NCBI RefSeq assembly: GCF_900199515.1
Contig: NZ_LT963434.1
Span: forward strand, 234,057 to 266,056
Length of the DNA: 32,000 nucleotides
Direction: 5' to 3'
Source of the DNA: Massilicoli timonensis
GTDB taxonomy: Bacteria; Bacillota_I; Bacilli_A; Erysipelotrichales; Erysipelotrichaceae
Below, piece after piece: positions 8,485 to 17,107 of this stretch. The translations under genes and the position numbers were made by a program. Below the pieces are notes generated by a model. That model worked only from the letters and a program-made list of their open reading frames with translations. It did no database searches and was not told the origin of the DNA. Numbering within the stretch: position 1 is the stretch's first letter; each line of letters starts with the position of its first letter.

Positions 8485-9361
8485 CTATGATCTTTTCCAA
8501 TAACCGCGCATCAAATGTCCCCGCTTTCAACATTTTGATTTCATGGCGGTAAGGCGGACATTTTTCAACATATGGCGTTTCTAATATTTTGACAACATCT
8601 GCCAGTCTTGGATGATGCACGATCTGATTGAGCGTATCAAAGCCGATCTTGCCGAATCCGATATTGGCATGGCGATCTTTCCTGGCGCCTCGCTCGTTTT
8701 TAGAATCATTGATATGAATACAAAGCAGGCGATCTAACCCAATTTCACGATCAAATGCGTCTAAGTACGCGTCAAACTGTGTAAGATCCACCCCACTGTC
8801 ATGTAAATGACAGGTATCCATACAAACCCCCAGGCAGGAAGCATCCTCCACCTGTTCAAGGATCATTTTGATCTGCTGCATAGTCGCACCGATCTCACTG
8901 CCTTTGCCGGCCATCGTTTCCAGTGCGATCTTCACATTACCGAAATCGACCATTTGCCGCACTTCATTCAAACCCTTCACGATCTGCGCGATGCCCGCTT
9001 CCTCACCGGCTCCGACATGGGAACCCGGATGCAGCACCAATACGCTTGACCCGATCGCTTTGACCCGTTCGACCTCTTTTGCCAGAAATTCGACCGCCAG
9101 TTCAAAGGTCGCGGGATTCGTCGTATTGGCTAAATTGATGATATAAGGCGCATGGGCAATGACATTGGTAAGCGGAATTCCTTTTGCTTCCATCATCTCC
9201 CGCATTTCCGCAGCCTTCATCTTGCTGATAGCAGTGCGTTTCGTATTCTGCGGCGCCCCGGTATAGATCATAAAAGCGTTTGCTTCATAGCTTAACGCTT
9301 CTTCTAGCGCACCCTTAAAATAATCAGGTGCACTGACTGACACATGACTTCCTATTTTCAT
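8468..9361 (-). CDS. nfo: deoxyribonuclease IV (endonuclease IV)
   Basis: 297 aa TIM-barrel AP endonuclease 2 family. MKIGSHVS N-terminus, [15 protein letters not shown], CxDTCH and HxNDSK motifs. Its ATG abuts the helicase stop codon. Confidence 0.95.
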   Translation of the reverse strand: MKIGSHVSVSAPDYFKGALEEALSYEANAFMIYTGAPQNTKRTAISKMKAAEMREMMEAKGIPLTNVIAHAPYIINLANTTNPATFELAVEFLAKEVERVKAIGSSVLVLHPGSHVGAGEEAGIAQIVKGLNEVRQMVDFGNVKIALETMAGKGSEIGATMQQIKMILEQVEDASCLGVCMDTCHLHDSGVDLTQFDAYLDAFDREIGLDRLLCIHINDSKNERGARKDRHANIGFGKIGFDTLNQIVHHPRLADVVKILETPYVEKCPPYRHEIKMLKAGTFDARLLEKIIEDGKQ

Positions 9362-10711
9362 TTACATCCCTCTTTTTTCGATCTGTTTCGCTTTTGCACG
9401 TTCTTTCTTTTGGCGCTTGATGTCTTCCTGAATCAACATACGCTTTGCTTTGCGTCTTGCTTGATCCAATTCAGCGCGTCGTTTCACTTTGTATCCCAGT
9501 TTGACTTTTTTCTTTTTTCCGGCTACTTTCTTTATCTGCGTTTCAATCAGGATTTCTTTTTCATTTGGTTTCTTGGTATTGACGCGGATCTCTTGCCAAG
9601 CATTGTTTTTAATGCCTTTCTGTATAAACTGCACACCTTTTTTCGTCAAAAGCTCTACAGCATGCTGATCTTGCTTCTGATACAGCGCATAGCAGATCCC
9701 ATCACGACCGGCACGTGCGGTTCTGCCGCTGCGGTGAATATAGAAATTCAACTCTTTCGGAAAGCCCAAAGAAACAACATGTGTGATACCCTCGATATCG
9801 ATCCCGCGGGCCGCCAGATCTGTCGCAACGACATAAGATTTTTTCTGTTCACGCAGTTCCTTCATCGCCTTTACGCGCTCTCTGCTGGTAAGATCACCAT
9901 GCAGTTCCACTATTCCATAGCCGTGATCACGCAACAGCTGTGCTGCCGAAGCGGCCTCTTTTCGCGTATTGGCAAAGATCAGGCAGACGTATGGCTGAAA
10001 TAGCGGCAGCAGTTCCAACAGTTTTTCTTCATAAGTTTTATGCTTGCAGGGAATGAGCACATGCGTAATAGCGGGAAGGCTTTTTTCATGATCGATCTGA
10101 ATCACTCGCGGATCCTTCATATACTTCCGTAAAAAGAATTGCAGCTCCTGAGGAATCGTTGCGGAGAAAGACATCATCTGTAAATGATCGCCCATCTTGC
10201 CGGCAATCGCATCGACATCTTCCAAAAAGCCGAATTCCAGCGTCATATCAGCTTCATCCACGACAAGGATCCGGGTCTTCTCTAAACGCAGCACTGCTTC
10301 CTTTACAAACAGATCTTTGATGCGTCCCGGTGTTCCGATCACAAGATGAGGCTGCTGCTTTAACTGTTCCATCATTCTGCTTTTTTCGACACCGCCGGTA
10401 ATCAGTTTTACCCGCAGTCCTTCCATGCACGCTTCCATATCCTGTGCATTGCGATAAAGCTGTAAAGCGAGCTCACGGGTCGGCGCGGTGATTACGACCT
10501 GGACAAAATCCTTTGTTGGATCGATCTGTTCCATGATCGGAATCAAAAAAGCATGGGTCTTCCCTGAACCCGTCGCCGATACCCCGATGATGTCTTTTCC
10601 TTTGCATGCGTAAGGAATGACCGCCTGCTGGATCATGGTCGGTTCTGTAAAGCGCTGGTATGCGATAAAACGGCGTGTCGCCTCTTTTAATTGATAGTCT
10701 TGATAACTCAT
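9362..10711 (-). CDS. cshB: DEAD-box ATP-dependent RNA helicase (CshB-like) with Lys/Arg-rich C-terminal tail
   Basis: Q motif, Walker A ATGSGKT, PTRELA, VVDEAD, SAT, HRSGRTARAG. Adjacent to nfo, as cshB (yqfR)-nfo (yqfS) is in B. subtilis (from memory). Confidence 0.88.
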   Translation of the reverse strand: MSYQDYQLKEATRRFIAYQRFTEPTMIQQAVIPYACKGKDIIGVSATGSGKTHAFLIPIMEQIDPTKDFVQVVITAPTRELALQLYRNAQDMEACMEGLRVKLITGGVEKSRMMEQLKQQPHLVIGTPGRIKDLFVKEAVLRLEKTRILVVDEADMTLEFGFLEDVDAIAGKMGDHLQMMSFSATIPQELQFFLRKYMKDPRVIQIDHEKSLPAITHVLIPCKHKTYEEKLLELLPLFQPYVCLIFANTRKEAASAAQLLRDHGYGIVELHGDLTSRERVKAMKELREQKKSYVVATDLAARGIDIEGITHVVSLGFPKELNFYIHRSGRTARAGRDGICYALYQKQDQHAVELLTKKGVQFIQKGIKNNAWQEIRVNTKKPNEKEILIETQIKKVAGKKKKVKLGYKVKRRAELDQARRKAKRMLIQEDIKRQKKERAKAKQIEKRGM

Positions 10712-10752
10712 TGCCTCTACCTCATTTCTCTGAATCCTGAAAAATCGTTATT

Positions 10753-10781
10753 ATTATAGCGGTTTTTTCACTTTCTCACAA
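10753..10781 (-). promoter_or_regulatory. sigma-A type promoter for the helicase-nfo operon
   Basis: Minus strand reads TTGTGA (10781-10776), 17 nt spacer, TATAAT (10758-10753), about 40 nt upstream of the helicase ATG. Confidence 0.55.
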
Positions 10782-10810
10782 GTAAAAATACTTTTATCGG
10801 CGTTTTCCGG

Positions 10811-10839
10811 TTTTCATTTTTTCCTCTTTCCATTATAAT
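10811..10839 (+). promoter_or_regulatory. candidate sigma-A promoter for ispH
   Basis: TTTTCA (10811-10816), 17 nt spacer, TATAAT (10834-10839), about 33 nt upstream of the ispH ATG. Confidence 0.45.
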
Positions 10840-10872
10840 GAATGCGATGACAAACAAAGACAGGTGATGAAG

Positions 10873-11775
10873 ATGGAACTGATCAAAGTAACGCCCCGCG
10901 GCTATTGCAAAGGTGTGGTACGCGCGATATCGATGGCGAAGCAGGCACGACTAGACTATCCCAATGAAAATATCTATGTACTCGGCATGCTGGTGCACAA
11001 TCATCATGTCGTAGAAGCGCTGAAACGCATTGGCATCATTCCTTTAGATGAACCGCACAAGACAAGGGCTCAGTTGTTAGAGCGGATCGATCACGGAGTC
11101 GTGATCTTTACCGCGCACGGCGTTTCTCCGCAAGTCATAAATACCGCCAAAGCAAAGGGACTGATTTGTCTGGACGCCACCTGTCCCGATGTATTAAAGA
11201 CCCAGGCAGCCGTTATAGAACATTTAGAGAAAGGCTATGAAGTCCTGTATATCGGAAAGCTGGGACATCCGGAAGCAGAAGCAATCTGTTCGCTCAGTCC
11301 TGCCGTTCACCTAATCGAAAATGAAGCGGATCTGAAAGCATTGTCGATAGAAAAACCGCTTTTCGTCACCAATCAGACAACGATGTCTGTCTTTGATATC
11401 GAATCGCTGTTTCAGACGATCAAGGCATATTTCCCCACTGCTCTTTTCTGTGAAGAAATCTGCAATGCAACGCGCATTCGACAGGAAGCCATTGCCCGAT
11501 TAAAGGATATTGATGTTTTATATGTGGTCGGAGATCGCTTTTCCAACAATTCCAATCGGTTGGCACAAATCGCTAAAGAACATGGAATCCCTCACGTATA
11601 TCTGATCGACGATGTATTTGCGATTCACAGCGCCCAGCTAAAAGAAGCAAAACGCGTAGCTGTAACAAGCGGTGCATCGACGCCGACCTATGTAACCAAT
11701 CAGGTCATTGATTATTTAGAACATTATGAAGAAAATAAAAAGTATCCTGTTTTTGATCTAGATCTGCTTTTATAA
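10873..11775 (+). CDS. ispH: 4-hydroxy-3-methylbut-2-enyl diphosphate reductase, IspH/LytB
   Basis: MELIKVTPRGYCKGV matches the IspH N-terminus (PRGFCxGV, first cluster Cys). Also CPDV, HPE and NQTT motifs and the third Cys in ICNAT. Start chosen at ATG 10873 (AGGTGA SD 5 nt upstream); the ORF is open from 10864. Confidence 0.95.
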   Translation: MELIKVTPRGYCKGVVRAISMAKQARLDYPNENIYVLGMLVHNHHVVEALKRIGIIPLDEPHKTRAQLLERIDHGVVIFTAHGVSPQVINTAKAKGLICLDATCPDVLKTQAAVIEHLEKGYEVLYIGKLGHPEAEAICSLSPAVHLIENEADLKALSIEKPLFVTNQTTMSVFDIESLFQTIKAYFPTALFCEEICNATRIRQEAIARLKDIDVLYVVGDRFSNNSNRLAQIAKEHGIPHVYLIDDVFAIHSAQLKEAKRVAVTSGASTPTYVTNQVIDYLEHYEENKKYPVFDLDLLL

Positions 11776-11800
11776 GAAGTCATTTGACTTCTTTTTCTTT
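11774..11800 (+). terminator. probable ispH terminator, embedded in the 3' end of the convergent hydrolase gene
   Basis: AAGAAGTC-attt-GACTTCTT followed by TTTCTTT. It starts inside the ispH stop codon. Confidence 0.55.
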
Positions 11801-12439
11801 GTTTTGTGCTAGAAGTGTATAAAGCAGCTTTGCCAGACCTTTTGGATCTTCCAGCATCGGCAAATGGCAAGTATTCGCTAAAAAATGCAGCTCCAGATGT
11901 CGCAAAGCAGCTTCTCCCAAATGCAGATCATCGATCAAAGTGGGAGAATGGGGATTGCCGCGATCACCGTAAATGACCGTGATTTTCTGCTGAAGCTTGT
12001 AAAGATAGGGGCGATAATCAAAATCCTCCTGCAGACGTGATCGCAGGGCGGGATGATAGAAAGGCTTTTCTTTATCAAACATTTCTTCCAAAAAATGTCG
12101 ATAGCGTTCTAAATGTACCGGCATCATCAGATTACGATAAAATGCGTTTGCCGGTACAAAATTGGTATCCAGACAGATGATCTTCGGTATCGGCATCGAA
12201 TAAACGGCAGCCAACTGCACAGCGATGATACCGCCCATGCTATGAGCGATGATGGCATCAAATGTTTCATGACGATAGCGATGATACACCCATGCGCTCA
12301 AATCTTCAATTTTCTGTGCAGTTTTGCTGACCGCATGCGGGATCGCTGCGATGACCACTTCTTCCTTTTGCATATAAGAAAGAAGTGATGTATAAATATC
12401 TTTATTGCAGTTGATCCCATAAAGAAAAAGCAGTTTCAT
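11780..12439 (-). CDS. alpha/beta-fold hydrolase (unknown substrate)
   Basis: Nucleophile elbow AHSMGG, YGDRG (Asp) and C-terminal NTCHLPMLEDP (His). Start trimmed to ATG 12439 (MKLLFLYG...; SD GAGGGTG upstream). The longer ORF to 12637 would run through the ansB promoter and start. Confidence 0.8.
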   Translation of the reverse strand: MKLLFLYGINCNKDIYTSLLSYMQKEEVVIAAIPHAVSKTAQKIEDLSAWVYHRYRHETFDAIIAHSMGGIIAVQLAAVYSMPIPKIICLDTNFVPANAFYRNLMMPVHLERYRHFLEEMFDKEKPFYHPALRSRLQEDFDYRPYLYKLQQKITVIYGDRGNPHSPTLIDDLHLGEAALRHLELHFLANTCHLPMLEDPKGLAKLLYTLLAQNKEKEVK

Positions 12440-12452
12440 ATGATTCACCCTC

Positions 12453-12480
12453 TTTTCATCTGCTATCATCATACTATAAT
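12453..12480 (+). promoter_or_regulatory. candidate sigma-A promoter for the asparaginase gene
   Basis: TTTTCA (12453-12458), 16 nt spacer, TATAAT (12475-12480), about 70 nt upstream of the TTG start. Confidence 0.35.
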
Positions 12481-12550
12481 CGTCATTGTTTGTCTTGCTT
12501 TCTTTGAAAATGTTTTTTACAATAGGATCGATAAGAAATGAGGGAGTCAA

Positions 12551-13531
12551 TTGAAAAAGATCAAGATATTTGCGACCGGTGGTACGATTGCCGGAAGCGG
12601 TGCTGCCGGGAAAAGCGCCGCATATGAAGCTGGACATGTCGATATTGAGAAGCTGCTGCAGGACTTGCCTGACTTAGGAGAGATTGCACAGGTAAGCATG
12701 GAACAGATCTGTAACAAAGACAGCAACGATCTGACGCTTTCCGACTGGCTGCTTTTGGCTAAAAAGCTCAATCAGGCAGCATTAGAAAGCGACTTAGATG
12801 GTTTTGTCATCACCCATGGCACCGATACATTAGAAGAAACCGCTTATTTCCTAAATCTGGTGTTCAAGAGTGAAAAGCCGCTTGTTTTGACCGGCGCCAT
12901 GCGTCCAGCCACGGCAACCAGCGCCGATGGACCGATGAATTTATATCAGGCAATCGCTTTGGCGGCACATCCTGACAGTGTAGGACAAGGCGTTATCGCC
13001 TTATTCTCCGACAATATTTTTTCCAGCCGGGATATTCGCAAGACGAGCAATTTCAAAATAGACGCTTTTCAGCATAATGATTTTGCCTGCATCGGCTATA
13101 TGCGAGATGAGATCCCTTATTTTTATACACGCTCATTCAAAAAGCATACCGTCGCAACACCGTTTGATATAAGCGCGCTTACTGCACTTCCGAAGGTAGA
13201 GATCGTTTCTTATTATGTCGGAGCTGATCCTGCGGTTTTGGATCATTATCTTTATCGGGAAAAAGTCGATGGCATCGTAATCGCTGGAAGCGGCAGCGGC
13301 AATTATGCAAAAGCGTGGAAAACCAAATTAGAAGCATTGGCCGCCGTTAATATTCCGATCGTTCGAGCCTCCAGAGTGAGCGGCATCGTGCTTCCCGCCG
13401 TGACCATGGATGTTGCCACGACGATCTGCGCCAATACCCTGACGCCGCAGAAAGCACGCATCCTGCTCATGCTCGCTTTGACAAAAACACATCAGATCGA
13501 TGCCATCAAAGCGATGTTTCAAGAATGCTGA
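12551..13531 (+). CDS. ansB: L-asparaginase, type II-like sequence but without a signal peptide
   Basis: TTG start with GAGGGAG SD. KIKIFATGGTIAG (catalytic Thr motif), ITHGTDTLEETAYFL, GAMRPATATSADGPMNLY and TLTPQKARILLMLAL closely parallel E. coli AnsB motifs. The protein begins directly at the mature-domain motif. Confidence 0.9.
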   Translation: MKKIKIFATGGTIAGSGAAGKSAAYEAGHVDIEKLLQDLPDLGEIAQVSMEQICNKDSNDLTLSDWLLLAKKLNQAALESDLDGFVITHGTDTLEETAYFLNLVFKSEKPLVLTGAMRPATATSADGPMNLYQAIALAAHPDSVGQGVIALFSDNIFSSRDIRKTSNFKIDAFQHNDFACIGYMRDEIPYFYTRSFKKHTVATPFDISALTALPKVEIVSYYVGADPAVLDHYLYREKVDGIVIAGSGSGNYAKAWKTKLEALAAVNIPIVRASRVSGIVLPAVTMDVATTICANTLTPQKARILLMLALTKTHQIDAIKAMFQEC

Positions 13532-13538
13532 TTTTCAA
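13531..13538. repeat. left copy of 8-bp target-site duplication ATTTTCAA
   Basis: Identical to 15179-15186. Its first base is the last base of the asparaginase TGA stop codon. Confidence 0.9.
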
Positions 13539-13561
13539 GGCTCTATAACTTTTTCTGGGGT
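13539..13561. repeat. IS left terminal inverted repeat GGCTCTATAACTTTTTCTGGGGT
   Basis: Exact reverse complement of 15156-15178. Confidence 0.95.
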
Positions 13562-13740
13562 CAGAGCCCCACCTATAACAGTAAAATGGGGTGCGATTCA
13601 TTCATAGTTTAACTTCAATCAAATCATGTAAAAAAGCCATCAATTCTAATAACGAATGATGACTTTTTTTGTACCCTTACCTCTTTCTGTGTTATGTTAT
13701 TTTTGCGAAAAAACAATTCTTTGAAAGTGAGGTATCGTAC

Positions 13741-15024
13741 ATGAAAAATCTTATCACAAAATTTTTAAATTTGGAACCTGATGATATTCAGAATATTGAT
13801 GTATTCTCTCAAGACAATCAAGTCTTTGCTCGTATTACGCTTACTAAAAAATTCTACACTTGTCCGAAATGTGGTATCCCTACGAAGCGAATTCATGATT
13901 ATAACCAACGCACAATCTCCCATGCAATCCTTGATGGTATTGATACCACTATTGTTTATAACCAAAGACGTTATTTTTGTCCTTCTTGTAAGAAGTCCTT
14001 TATAGAAGATTCTCCTTTTGTTCATATTGGTAAACGAATTTCTAAATATACTGTTCTTCGTATTATGAAAGAACTGAAAAATCCTAGGATGACCTTTTCT
14101 ATGGTTGCCTCTAACTGCCATGTTTCTGTTTCATCTGTTATGAGAGTATTTGATGAATATGTAGGTATTCCTACTCGTCCTCTCCCTACTATCCTTTGTA
14201 TTGATGAAGTCTATACTGTCAAATATACTCAGAAAGTATATGCTTGTGTTTTGGTCGATTTTCAATCAAATGAAATATATGACCTTCTTCCTAGTAGAAA
14301 AAAACATGACTTAGCCAATCATTTTACTAAAATTGATAAGAAATATCGTGATCAAGTTCTTTACGTTTCTATCGATATGTGGGAACCTTATCGTGATATT
14401 GCTCGTCTTTATTTTAAAAATGCGAAAGTTTGTGTTGATAACTTCCATGTTGTCAAACTAATCAATTATGCTTTTACTAAAGTTCGTATTCAAGTTATGC
14501 GTCAATACGATGTTGATAGTGATGAATATTATCTTCTTAAAAAATTCTCTTGGCTTTTAAACATGAAATATGATGACATTGATCTTCATCGTCGAATTCA
14601 TATTCATAAAAACATTTCTTACTTTTTTAGTAAAGATGTTCTTGCTATTGATATTCTAAATTTTTTATTGAATTGTGATTGTGAATTAGAGATTGCCTAT
14701 GCTTTAAAAGAAGCATATAACGATATCAATAAACGTTGTAATTCTGAAACGATTGAAGTTGCTTTAAATCGTTTCATCGAAGACATGATCATCTTTAATA
14801 TTGAAGAATTTAACTCTGTTGTTTCTACTTTCAAAAATTGGAAACAGGAAATCATCAATAGTTTTGATATAATCGATCATCGTCGTATATCGAATGGTCC
14901 TATAGAATCAGTCAATTCAAGAATTAAACTAATCAAACGAAATGCAAATGGATATCGTAATTTCATAAGATTTAGAAAGCGTGTTTTATATTCTTTAAAC
15001 AAAAATTCTTTTATTAACTTTTAG
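13741..15024 (+). CDS. ISL3-family DDE transposase
   Basis: 427 aa from ATG 13741 (SD GTGAGGT 7 nt upstream; the ORF is open from 13669). N-terminal zinc-finger CPKCG...CPSCKK (zf-ISL3-like). Central IDEV... / SIDMWEPY and C-terminal SNGPIESVNSRIKLIKRNANGYRNF are typical of ISL3 transposases. Confidence 0.9.
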   Translation: MKNLITKFLNLEPDDIQNIDVFSQDNQVFARITLTKKFYTCPKCGIPTKRIHDYNQRTISHAILDGIDTTIVYNQRRYFCPSCKKSFIEDSPFVHIGKRISKYTVLRIMKELKNPRMTFSMVASNCHVSVSSVMRVFDEYVGIPTRPLPTILCIDEVYTVKYTQKVYACVLVDFQSNEIYDLLPSRKKHDLANHFTKIDKKYRDQVLYVSIDMWEPYRDIARLYFKNAKVCVDNFHVVKLINYAFTKVRIQVMRQYDVDSDEYYLLKKFSWLLNMKYDDIDLHRRIHIHKNISYFFSKDVLAIDILNFLLNCDCELEIAYALKEAYNDINKRCNSETIEVALNRFIEDMIIFNIEEFNSVVSTFKNWKQEIINSFDIIDHRRISNGPIESVNSRIKLIKRNANGYRNFIRFRKRVLYSLNKNSFINF

Positions 15025-15060
15025 TATTTTTTAGATTTTTCTCTTTGTTTTTTCGCATAT

Positions 15061-15115
15061 AAAAATCAGGTTTCTCATGCCTGTTTATTCTGCATGATTT
15101 ACCTGATTTTTTTTA
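15061..15115 (+). terminator. hairpin/terminator downstream of the transposase, inside the IS
   Basis: AAAAATCAGGT...(inner CATGC/GCATG)...ACCTGATTTTTTTT. The outer stem is 8-11 bp and is followed by a T run. Confidence 0.6.
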
Positions 15116-15155
15116 CTTTAGACCCCACTCTATGGTAGACCCCATTTTAGATCTA

Positions 15156-15178
15156 ACCCCAGAAAAAGTTATAGAGCC
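15156..15178. repeat. IS right terminal inverted repeat
   Basis: ACCCCAGAAAAAGTTATAGAGCC, the exact reverse complement of 13539-13561. Confidence 0.95.
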
Positions 15179-15186
15179 ATTTTCAA
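15179..15186. repeat. right copy of 8-bp target-site duplication ATTTTCAA
   Basis: Identical to 13531-13538 and immediately abuts IRR. Confidence 0.9.
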
Positions 15187-15188
15187 TA

Positions 15189-15231
15189 AAAGAGGAGAAA
15201 ACAAGCATGTCCTGCTCGTATTCTCCTCTTT
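15189..15231. terminator. shared (bidirectional-looking) hairpin between the asparaginase gene and convergent trmK
   Basis: AAAGAGGAGAA (15189-15199) pairs perfectly with TTCTCCTCTTT (15221-15231). The inner AGCA/TGCT extends the structure, and the right arm overlaps the trmK stop codon. The U tracts are short on both strands. Confidence 0.65.
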
Positions 15232-15904
15232 ATAGTTTGTTCGCTTCTGCTATTTTACGCAAGATTTGATCACGTTTCTGTTGAAACAGCGTATATTTTT
15301 CATGCTTCGGCGACAACTGTTCCAAAATTTCATCTATTTTTTTCATTTGATGCCTTAAAAAAGCAGGATAAAGCGGATCTTCTCGCAGCAGCACGCCGTA
15401 TTCACATGCATCCTCACTTAGCTTTTTTGCATTTTCATCAAAGCGAAAACAGATGATCTGATAATAAAAGCCTTCCCAGACCAGTTTTTCCTCAATAATC
15501 GTAAAAGGGCGATCACTGATCCACTCTCTTAACTGCTTAACATCGTGATTAGACTGTACGATGATCTTTTTATAATGCCGCAGCTTCTCATAACTGTCTT
15601 CTAAAATGGTCTGAATCGTATCAAAGCCCATTCCAGCTATAATAATTTCCTCAGTATCCTCACCGATCCCCGCTAATCCATTACAGCGGATTGCTTCTAC
15701 CTTTTCCCCTACTCCATAACGAGCGATCGTCTTACGTGCATTTTCTAACGGCCCTTCGTTTACATCGCAGGCATACGCTTTCTTGATCATCTTCGCCTTA
15801 GCCAATGCACAGGGAATATAAGCATGATCGGAACCGATATCTGCTAATATGACATCTTCATCGACACATGATGCAATGGCCTGCAATCGTTTTGAAAGCA
15901 TCAT
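15230..15904 (-). CDS. trmK: tRNA (adenine22-N1)-methyltransferase TrmK
   Basis: LSKRLQAIASCV...LADIGSDHAYIP...IIAGMG closely parallels B. subtilis TrmK/YqfN. Start set at ATG 15904 (or 15901), just after the sigA stop; the ORF is open to 15922. Confidence 0.85.
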   Translation of the reverse strand: MMLSKRLQAIASCVDEDVILADIGSDHAYIPCALAKAKMIKKAYACDVNEGPLENARKTIARYGVGEKVEAIRCNGLAGIGEDTEEIIIAGMGFDTIQTILEDSYEKLRHYKKIIVQSNHDVKQLREWISDRPFTIIEEKLVWEGFYYQIICFRFDENAKKLSEDACEYGVLLREDPLYPAFLRHQMKKIDEILEQLSPKHEKYTLFQQKRDQILRKIAEANKL

Positions 15905-15905
15905 A

Positions 15906-17081
15906 TTATGGCTTATCCACAAAATCCTTCAAGCGTTTGGAACGGGTTGGATGCTTCAATTTACGAAGCGCCTTCGCCTCGATCTGACGGATTCTCTCAC
16001 GCGTCACATTGAATTCTTTTCCGACTTCTTCTAACGTACGCGTTCTGCCGTCATATAATCCAAAGCGCAGACGCAGCACTTTTTCCTCTCGTTCGGTAAG
16101 CCCCTGCAGCACGGTATTGATCTCATCTTTCAGCAACTGATTGTTCGCATATTCATCCGGGGAAAGCGCTTGTTTATCTTCGATGAAATCACCTAAATGA
16201 GAATCATCCTCTTCCCCGATCGGTGTCTCCAAAGAAACCGGCTCCAAAGCGATCTTTTGAATTTCCCGCACTTTTTCCGGTGAGATATTTTCCATCTTCG
16301 CCGCAATTTCTTCCGCAGTCGGATCACGTCCCAGATCCTGCACGAGCTGCCGCTGGATACGAGTCAATTTATTGATCGTTTCGACCATATGTACCGGGAT
16401 ACGGATCGTTCTTGCCTGATCGGCAATCGCTCTTGTGATCGCCTGTCTGATCCACCAAGTCGCATAAGTAGAAAATTTGAAGCCTTTGGTATAATCGAAT
16501 TTTTCCACAGCCTTGACTAGTCCCATGTTTCCTTCCTGAATCAGGTCTAAGAACAGCATGCCTCTGCCGACATATTTTTTCGCAATCGAAACGACCAGAC
16601 GCAAATTGGCCGCAATCAGCTTGCGTTTTGCTTCTTCATCGCCTTCCTGGATTCTTCTGGCGATTTCCGGTTCCTCGGAAGGATCAAGCAGCTCCACCCG
16701 CCCGATTTCTTTCAGATACATCTTGACCGGGTCATTGATCTTGGTATGCGCAGAATTGGCAAATGACTGCTCTAAAGATTCGATCTCACTGGTCAAACTG
16801 TCAAATTCAGAATCCTCACCGTTTTCATCCAAATCATATAAGTCATCCAGATCATCGCCTAATAAATTGTTTTCTTCCTCCATATCGGAATCATCGATAT
16901 CCTCATCACTGATTTCAATATGGTTTTCCTTGAACCACATCAGCAGCGCTTCATTTTCTTCATCAGAAAGCTCTAAATGTTCGATCGCATTCATAATATC
17001 CTTTTCATAAAGATATCCTTCCTGCTCATACATCGCTTTCAAATCCTGTTTTACTTCATCTAGTGTTTTGATCTCGCGCAT
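15906..17081 (-). CDS. sigA: primary RNA polymerase sigma factor SigA/RpoD
   Basis: Acidic region 1, then regions 2-4 with highly conserved strings: [54 protein letters not shown] and [30 protein letters not shown]. Start at ATG 17081 with AAGGAGGT SD (ORF open to 17126). Confidence 0.95.
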   Translation of the reverse strand: MREIKTLDEVKQDLKAMYEQEGYLYEKDIMNAIEHLELSDEENEALLMWFKENHIEISDEDIDDSDMEEENNLLGDDLDDLYDLDENGEDSEFDSLTSEIESLEQSFANSAHTKINDPVKMYLKEIGRVELLDPSEEPEIARRIQEGDEEAKRKLIAANLRLVVSIAKKYVGRGMLFLDLIQEGNMGLVKAVEKFDYTKGFKFSTYATWWIRQAITRAIADQARTIRIPVHMVETINKLTRIQRQLVQDLGRDPTAEEIAAKMENISPEKVREIQKIALEPVSLETPIGEEDDSHLGDFIEDKQALSPDEYANNQLLKDEINTVLQGLTEREEKVLRLRFGLYDGRTRTLEEVGKEFNVTRERIRQIEAKALRKLKHPTRSKRLKDFVDKP

Positions 17082-17107
17082 GACTACCTCCTTACCCGTT
17101 TGTTTTT

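Larger units (their letters stand above)
13539..15178 (+). mobile_element. intact ISL3-family insertion sequence (1640 bp)
   Basis: Perfect 23-bp terminal inverted repeats and an 8-bp direct target duplication (8 bp is typical of ISL3). Single uninterrupted transposase ORF. Visibly AT-richer than the flanks. Subterminal inverted 11-mer TAAAATGGGGT (13582-13592 / 15139-15149). Confidence 0.9.

Noticed and set aside
9344-10003. A 219-aa plus-strand ORF antisense to the DEAD-box helicase gene.
   Set aside because: The translation is low-complexity and F/L/S-rich, with no SD, and it lies entirely inside a strongly supported gene on the other strand. This is a typical shadow ORF. The same reasoning applies to 7786-8217, 16558-17010, 17068-17361, 17436-17750, 19528-19848 and 27700-27939.
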